From Oculina patagonica (taxonomy: Eukaryota), in assembly GCF_052425735.1 (NCBI RefSeq), contig NC_135769.1, forward strand, positions 18,662,001 through 18,726,000: DNA of 64,000 nucleotides. The letters run 5' to 3'. The notes beneath the pieces are model-generated. The model made no database searches, had not been told where the DNA came from, and saw only the letters and a list, made by a program, of their open reading frames with translations. Positions 62,701 to 64,000 of this stretch are shown piece after piece. The stretch's first letter is position 1. Every line of letters begins with the position of its first letter. The translations under genes and the position numbers were made by a program.

Positions 62701-63797
62701 TTTTCCATGCTTGCTCGATCGTCTTACACGGCCTAACTTGATCCGACCAAAATGAGTTGTTTGGTAAAGCTTTTCGAAGTCTTTGCAATTGTTCGTCTTT
62801 ATCCTGTTTGTATTTTTCCATCCAATAATTAAACTCATTTTTCCAAGTTGCATAATTTTTTCTACTTCCATCCCACGTTGGAACTGATAATTTTTCTAAT
62901 CCATGACTTGTTTTTTGGGAGCCTAAAACGTCGGCCATTTTCGTAACTGCTGAAGCCATCGCCTCGAGCGTTTCGTTATTTCCAGAGGTCGGCTTCTTTT
63001 CGGCGTTGCATTTCTTTTGATATAAGACGAATCGTTCAGTGTACTTTAAATAATCGCTCTTGATTTTATCTCCGACTTGTTTGTTTGAACTTATTTCCTC
63101 ACCTGACGACTCTCCGGCTTCAATTAATTTGTCGGCTATTGTTGCCTGTTGTTTCTTAACACTTCTGTATTTAGCCGCTATTTCTTTGTGCACGTTTTCT
63201 AAAGCATTTAATTCCGATTCCACATGATAAAGCACGTCGAATTCTTCATAGAGTTCGTCTAATGAGGCTATTGTAAAGTCTCTTTTGGTAATGAGCGTTG
63301 CGATACTCTCAACTTTTGGAGGCATCTTTGAATAATGATCCACTGTGTAGTTACTCTTCTCAAGTTAGAATTTTTGACTGTTTCGAACAATGTGCCGTTC
63401 GAAGTGATGAGACACAAGTTGTAACACACCACAGCTTTACGGGAAACGGTGACTTTAATTTTCAAACTGGATCGTGATTGTCTTCGTACGCAATTCACAA
63501 TATAATGTAGTCAAACTATAAATAAGAACAAAAATATAACTTAATCCTAACCTCAGTATAATATATCCTAACAGTATAACGTTGTTGTAATAATGTAATA
63601 CACTATAGCTACTTACAATTCTGTTTGCCACTCCCGTTAACGAACTTTTACTCTTGTACTTGATCTACCGGTTAACTCAATGTTTGTCCGCTTACCGCCG
63701 CTAAAGGGCGTATTTAAATGTTCTCTTTGTCTCTCGGGACTCGGCCCATTACTCTCTCTTATACTGAATTATAATAATTTCACATATGTGCAAAACA
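59792..63797 (-). mobile_element. BEL/Pao LTR retrotransposon, internally deleted, recently inserted
   Basis: TG..CA LTRs at 59792-60214 (423 bp) and 63379-63797 (419 bp), apparently differing only by a 4-bp indel. 5-bp TSD GAAAT. Polypurine tract GGGGAGGGAG next to the 3' LTR. Confidence 0.97.
60299..63343 (-). CDS. BEL/Pao Gag-protease-partial RNase H polyprotein (1014 aa); RT core and integrase core missing
   Basis: VPTWDG Gag motif, three Cys/His knuckles (CPVRCETKHLLSAC, CRKCLRNHHTDHC, CNKCTRRHHRSLH), protease LDSGS, RNase H-region FWMDSQTVLTWI and NLADTLTRG, terminal RPIHKLCLI. No YxDD and no integrase DDE core. Confidence 0.92.
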   Translation of the reverse strand: MDHYSKMPPKVESIATLITKRDFTIASLDELYEEFDVLYHVESELNALENVHKEIAAKYRSVKKQQATIADKLIEAGESSGEEISSNKQVGDKIKSDYLKYTERFVLYQKKCNAEKKPTSGNNETLEAMASAVTKMADVLGSQKTSHGLEKLSVPTWDGSRKNYATWKNEFNYWMEKYKQDKDEQLQRLRKALPNNSFWSDQVRPCKTIEQAWKILDTEFGDQRTLMDMLLKEINNVKPVKSDSKSLSRYAARILGFVNNMEQNGCKVTNANEAPFVMSQLLSKLDAKDNIEFGREMKRLKKEENVSNLLDWLNEEASLRSRVHWDTRNDAGNYEHRTQNQRSSASHATDREVLDDEICPVRCETKHLLSACPVFQKSTVDQRWEIVKQNNRCRKCLRNHHTDHCEKPDGTTCNKCTRRHHRSLHNERMPPDVNTSQLNPEAVPYSSATHEGSNSNVQGVRNAPGICPVQKLMVKDKDGNFVEVLAMLDSGSNTSFISKDVAKKLGISGPKTHLTMNLAGGLKKSEESELVNITVAPISEESIQKSMQVYALNKPCGPAKTVSRKTVNSYQHLEAISNKLHLSGGTIDLLIGTDFADAFVDIHVISGGPGELIAKRYCFGWFVMGQIDDRESQPSTINSVDVGTVSALEDMTKLFAQDMLGVKPTELCTSRDDELEENKFIKIIADSTQIIDGRDQVRTPWTDDGPPKESNSDVALQRMLSSEKTFKRKRKNCFEDVQVEIPKLFILILILLTLAGLYSTCKEALEFAEITDSKTVFWMDSQTVLTWIKTPPKRFKPFVSARVAEIQETLDTQAFKYNRSDANLADTLTRGAPPEEIKTWMEGPPFLLRSEKEWPKFEENSKKADEESFKEMKSNKEKSTNCKEPTPCTVSSEESTNFRQPTDNPILQHLMKTYSTFAKARKTLAYVLRFINNTRKKENDTSPILPEELKQTELQMFKWCQETIKIDTVDQRLMSKPDEQGLLRAYGRLEGIIYDRPIHKLCLIATKEELENET

Positions 63798-64000
63798 GAA
63801 ATAATAGTATTTTTCGAATCAAGATTACACATCGCAAAATATGAAATATAGTGACATAACTCCGTTAACCCGGCAATCAATAATAAAATATCATGACTTG
63901 CCCATGATGTATTTTGACATATTCATTTGTTTGTTACATTGCCACATTTAAGTGAACGGCATTTTGCAAGGCTGGTAAACCTCACTGAAACGTCCATGTA

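Overview
AT-rich metazoan genomic DNA with spliceosomal introns and one assembly gap (921-1197). The repeat families look cnidarian, probably a stony coral (inference). Left half: the 5' end of an unidentified minus-strand gene that runs off the window, an F-box/LRR gene interrupted by an in-frame stop, a six-exon HAUS2 (augmin subunit 2) gene head-to-head with it, and two minisatellites rich in Forkhead sites. From 28 to 58 kb lies a cluster of nine intronless paralogs of an uncharacterised ~538-aa protein with about 11 predicted TM helices. Six are full length (A 28071-29690 on the minus strand; B, C, D, E and G on plus), one is a 5-TM truncation (F) and two are chimeric pseudogenes. The family has a conserved acidic N-terminus with an ITAM-like motif, a variable TM1-TM5 block and a strongly conserved TM6-TM11 block. 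It also shows patchwork sequence exchange between copies and an inverted duplication of a shared divergent promoter region. The right end holds a very young, internally deleted BEL/Pao LTR retrotransposon with one 1014-aa ORF. Many MITEs, SINEs, an L2 fragment, a Penelope remnant and hairpin-ended Crypton-like elements fill the spacers.
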